Below, one piece after another: positions 60,016-64,000 of a stretch of 64,000 nucleotides of DNA; position 1 is the first letter of the stretch, and every line of letters begins with the position of its first letter. A model generated the notes under the pieces. The model saw nothing but the letters and a program-made list of their open reading frames with translations, had not been told where the DNA came from and did no database searches. The DNA is from Felis catus (lineage: Eukaryota). Both the position numbers and the translations under genes were made by a program. The stretch spans positions 175,586,001 to 175,650,000 of the forward strand of contig NC_058368.1 in assembly GCF_018350175.1 (NCBI RefSeq). Reading direction: 5' to 3'.

Positions 60016-61789
60016 TCCCCGGGGGTGAGAAGAGCCTAGTCTTCCTGGAGGAGGGAGTCGGAAGAAGGGAGTGAGCATCGCAGCCTCCTCCTCCTTACAC
60101 AGGTGCTTCATGTGCTGGACCGCCGGCCACCCTCACATCACCTTTTCAGCGGAGAAAACCCAGGCTCACAAGGCTTTGGCCAAGGTCACACCGCCAGGAA
60201 CAGAGGACTAAAGGGCTCTCACCTTTCTCGAAAGAACAGCAAGTTGATTTTGAAAGGACAAAAGGAGGGGACAGGGAGAAACGTTTCTGGCCCTCCTGGA
60301 AGGCCCCTTTAGCACCTACAGGTGTTCCCAGCTAGACATCTGCCTGGCTGCGTTACCAGGCAGCTGGGGCTGGCATGGGCCATGTGCCTCTCTGCCTGGC
60401 TACTGCTACGGTCCAAACCTCCCCTGTGCCATGACTTCTTAGAAAGGAGCCTTCGGGGCAGTGGGAATGACAATGCAGGAAATAAAAAGTGTATCCCGGT
60501 GCACCATCAGATACGAGAGGTTGGGAATGAGGTTTCCTGGGAAGTTGGGCTTGTCTGCATCTTTCCCAGGGAGCCCATATCTTCCCTAAGTTTATTTCCT
60601 ACGGAAGAGAGACCTTCACTCTGCCGGAACTTCTGTTTAATTATTTCCTCTGAAATGACCTGAACTGGAGGCTTCTTTCAGACCTGGACACTCCCCCATT
60701 TAGAACTTCTTTCTGGATGCTGGTCTCAGCTGCCATTCTGGGCTCATCTCTTCCCAAGACTTCTCCCTATGCCCTGGGCTCTTCATGAGCTTCCAAAGCA
60801 ACCTTTCACTTTTGCACATGATTCCCCCAGGATGCCCTTTCCCTGCTTTCCTGACCCAGCCAGCTCCTTGCCCGTCAGGAGCCAGCTGGGTCCCTGTTCT
60901 CTGGTCCCTCCCAGCTGCCCCCAGACTGTATCCTCTATGCCTCCCCTGTTCTCCCCAAGCCCCAGGCTTCCTTCATAAAAGGACTCTGTACACTGTGGGC
61001 TGACTGCTACCTGTCTGTCCCCTACAGTAACTCACAAGCAACATGGGGCTAGGGACTGGATTTCACTTCCCTCTCTGTTCCAGTGTGCACTTGGGAACAT
61101 AGTAGGTGGATGGGACGAAGGCCTGGGACACCTACTGGGAAACCTGAAACACAGTAGGTGCTCAGGAAAGGTCAGCAGAGGGTAGGAGTCCCTTCTCTCA
61201 AAGCGCGTGCCCTCACCATGACCTTATTTGCTATTCACTTGCCTGAGGAGGACTTACAGGGACAGCTATTATTATCCACATTTTATCACGCTGGAGGTTG
61301 AGAAGCACTTAGACCATGCTCATCTCTGGGGGCTCAGACCAGTGCAAAGCAGTCCCGGTCTTTTCCTTGCTTGGCTGAGGGCAGGGGAATCCCATCAGCA
61401 CTGGCTAAGGGACGCCCAACCTAGAGAAAGATGGCATTTGACCTTTTTCTCAGCAAGCGTCAGATTTTGCCCCGGGGCTAGGAGCCAGAGTGAAATGGGA
61501 GAGCCAGGATGAGGAGATCAGAGACCCTCCCTCTCCCAGAGACTGGAGGAGGCCACAGCAAGGACATTTCCAGGCAGGAGCTGTGCCCAATCCCAGGGAC
61601 ACACCAACGCGGGGCTGGGGTGGAGGGGAAAGGTCGGTTGCAAAACCCCACGTGTGGCAGCTTCGCTGCTGAGTCATGCTCCTGACGCCTGCCGGGGACC
61701 AAAGTCAGAGGCCACAAGCTCGAAAGTGCCCAGTTAGCACTGCTTCTGTTGACTCCCTGGCCTTCCACATCCCATCCTTCCTTGGGCTC

Positions 61790-62372
61790 CATTAATCCCC
61801 TTTGTTTCTGTTTGCCCCAGCATACCCTCCTCTCTTTGGGTGACGGCAAGCCAGTCTTCCTTAGAAATTCTCTTCCCCGCTCTCAGCCCAGGTGAAGTTG
61901 GACTCTCTCTTCCCCTGTCCCCCCCCCCCCCCCCCCCCACACACACACAAAGGACGGTCACACGGCCGAGGCCTATCCAATCAGACCATTCTCTCATGCC
62001 TGTGATTGGCTCCAGGATGGGAACATGAGGGAAGCATGGCAAATGAGACTCACTTCTAAGACTTTCAGCAGTTGGATGTTGGAAAAAAAGACCCTCTCTT
62101 TTTCTACGACGATTGCCAGCTATGTAAATACGTCAGCCTGGAGCAAATGGGGCCTCCATGTGCATTGTGGTTGCCTGAGAAGGAGGCCAGCCCAGGGAAG
62201 AGCAGGACCAAGAAAACCTACAAGGAGGGGACCCAGCCTTCCGGTGACTTCCGGAACTCAAAATGTACCTCTCGCTTTACAGCTCCGTAGACTTAATACT
62301 TTCCTCTCTGCTTACACATGTTCTAAAGTTGGGTTTTTGTCACTTGCAAACAAAGGATTTCTGACTAACACC
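61790..62372 (+). mobile_element. MLT1K/L-type LTR
   Basis: GGCCTATCCAATCAG..GTGATTGGCTCCAGGATGGGAACATGA; AGTTGGGTTTTTGTCACTTGCAAAC..CTGACTAACA. Confidence 0.7.
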
Positions 62373-64000
62373 ACCTGGATAATATTTATTCCATCCATCT
62401 TCCCTCTCCCTTCTCACTCTCTATGCCCTAATTTCAGCCTCGTCATTGGCCTTGCCATCTCTACCCTGGGTTGTCGTACCAGGCCGCCAACTAATGATTA
62501 CAACAGAGTAACAGTAGTTGAATACCTGCTGTGACTTGCCTGCCGTTCACAGTTACTACGGTGACCCCGCAAATCGATGTTCGCATCTTACTGATAGAGA
62601 CTGAGGGGCCCAGAGATGAGGGGCTTGTACGGGGTAAACAGCGCAGCTAAGAGTCTAATGCAGATGATCTGACTCCGAAGCGCATGCTCTTTGACCACAG
62701 CCTCGTCCTGCTTCGTTTAATCCTAGGTGGGCCTTGTGTCCCCCCAGCACATATTTAGGTGGGAATGCTTTTGCGCGCGGAAGCACAGAGCCATGAGTAA
62801 AGCCAGGCTCTGTTAAATATCTCGGACCTCACGGACCCTTTTTAGGGGCACTAACGCTAGTGTTGATCCATTAGTTTTCTTGTGTCCTTATTTTCCTGTC
62901 CCCCAATTTGCATACTCCTTTTTAATTTTGCTGCCATGCTCTCACTGGCTGGGTTTGACTCATATGCCCATCACTATACAGTGACTGTGGTCAGGAGCTG
63001 TGCTATCTGGCTGGGTGGCCGTGGGTCGTATGCTCGGCCCTGGGTCACGGTCAGTTCCACCCACACTAGATGGATGGACCGGGTGAGATGATCCCCCAGA
63101 GACAAATCAAGATGTTGTTACCCAGAAGAGGTAGCCCCCTCCTCCCACCTGCTGACCAAGACCTCAGCCACCCAAAGCAACAGTCACTGATATGATTTTG
63201 CGGTGTGCCAAGCCCCAGGCTGAGCACTGGAAGGACAGAGATGGGGCACAGACTTGCCTCTGATCCGGATGGCGGAAAGCTCACTGTGTGAGAGTAAGGG
63301 GACCATGGACAAGCCAACAAAATGCTGGGGGATGCGGCCACAGCCAAGGAAGTACGGAGCACCGTTAGAACAATTCCTACTGCTTGGGGATGGAGGAGGG
63401 GACACAGGAAAAGCCATACTGAAGGGCTAACACAAGCTGGGCTTCAAAGGGTGTAGCAGCTTTTGTCAGGGAGGATGGTAGGGCAACAGCATTTCTGGCA
63501 GAGTGGAACAGCATGTGCAGAGATGCACAGACATGAGAAATCTGCTGGGCTCTGGGAAGACAGTGGAGTTGGGTGACGATGCAAAACAAGGAAGGGGAGA
63601 AAGAGAAGAGGTGATTCACCCAAGGAATAAAGGAGAATAAAAGCAGAAAATTAACGCTTTGTGTTTGGATGTCTTTTTTCTGGCCTTTTATCCAAGCTTT
63701 GCAAAGACACCAGAGAGGAAGTTGGTGCTTCCCCACTCTGAAGCTTCCCTGGGGACGTGAAGGTTTAATTCAGAGCAAGATGAAGAAAAGACCTGGGGAG
63801 CTAAGTGTGGAATGGAGAGACCAAGGCAGCCTGGGGCTTGAGCACAGGAATGAGGACCGGGGAGAAGGGGGCAGGCCGAGGAAGGGACAGATCAGTTGCT
63901 GAACTCTAAGAATACGTGCGTGGCCGAGCCCCGCACACTGGACCTTGGGGTTACGGAGATCAGGAAGGCAGGGCTTTGGGCTCCACAGGCTCACAGTCTG

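Noticed and set aside
1..64000. CRISPR array, operon or other novel multi-gene system; identity of the host locus
   Set aside because: No regularly spaced repeat-spacer array and no credible genes; dispersed repeats are all explained by mammalian transposons. The locus cannot be named from sequence alone.

Overview
Mammalian nuclear DNA from a felid (cat-family) genome, shown by about 19 tRNA-derived CAN-SINEs, several of the young cat SINEC_Fc type with intact target-site duplications (TSDs). I find no protein-coding gene or RNA gene I can recognise, so this reads as a large intron or intergenic/gene-desert segment; I cannot name the locus. It is dense in old repeats (MIR, L2, L1M fragments, MLT1/MER21/MER34-like LTRs, MER5/MER33/MER58 DNA transposons) and microsatellites, separated by a few repeat-free blocks that may be enhancers. 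Almost all ORFs in the track come from SINEs, simple repeats or chance; the only real coding homology is decayed L1 ORF2. I did not find a new multi-gene system. The best signals are evolutionary: a ~1.1 kb tract of strong GC/CpG gain with internal controls (42.85-43.95 kb), a multi-layer nested transposon stack, a templated-repair scar in a MER33, and TSD-like scars. Repeat family names are from recall of consensus sequences, not a database search; boundaries of old repeats are approximate.
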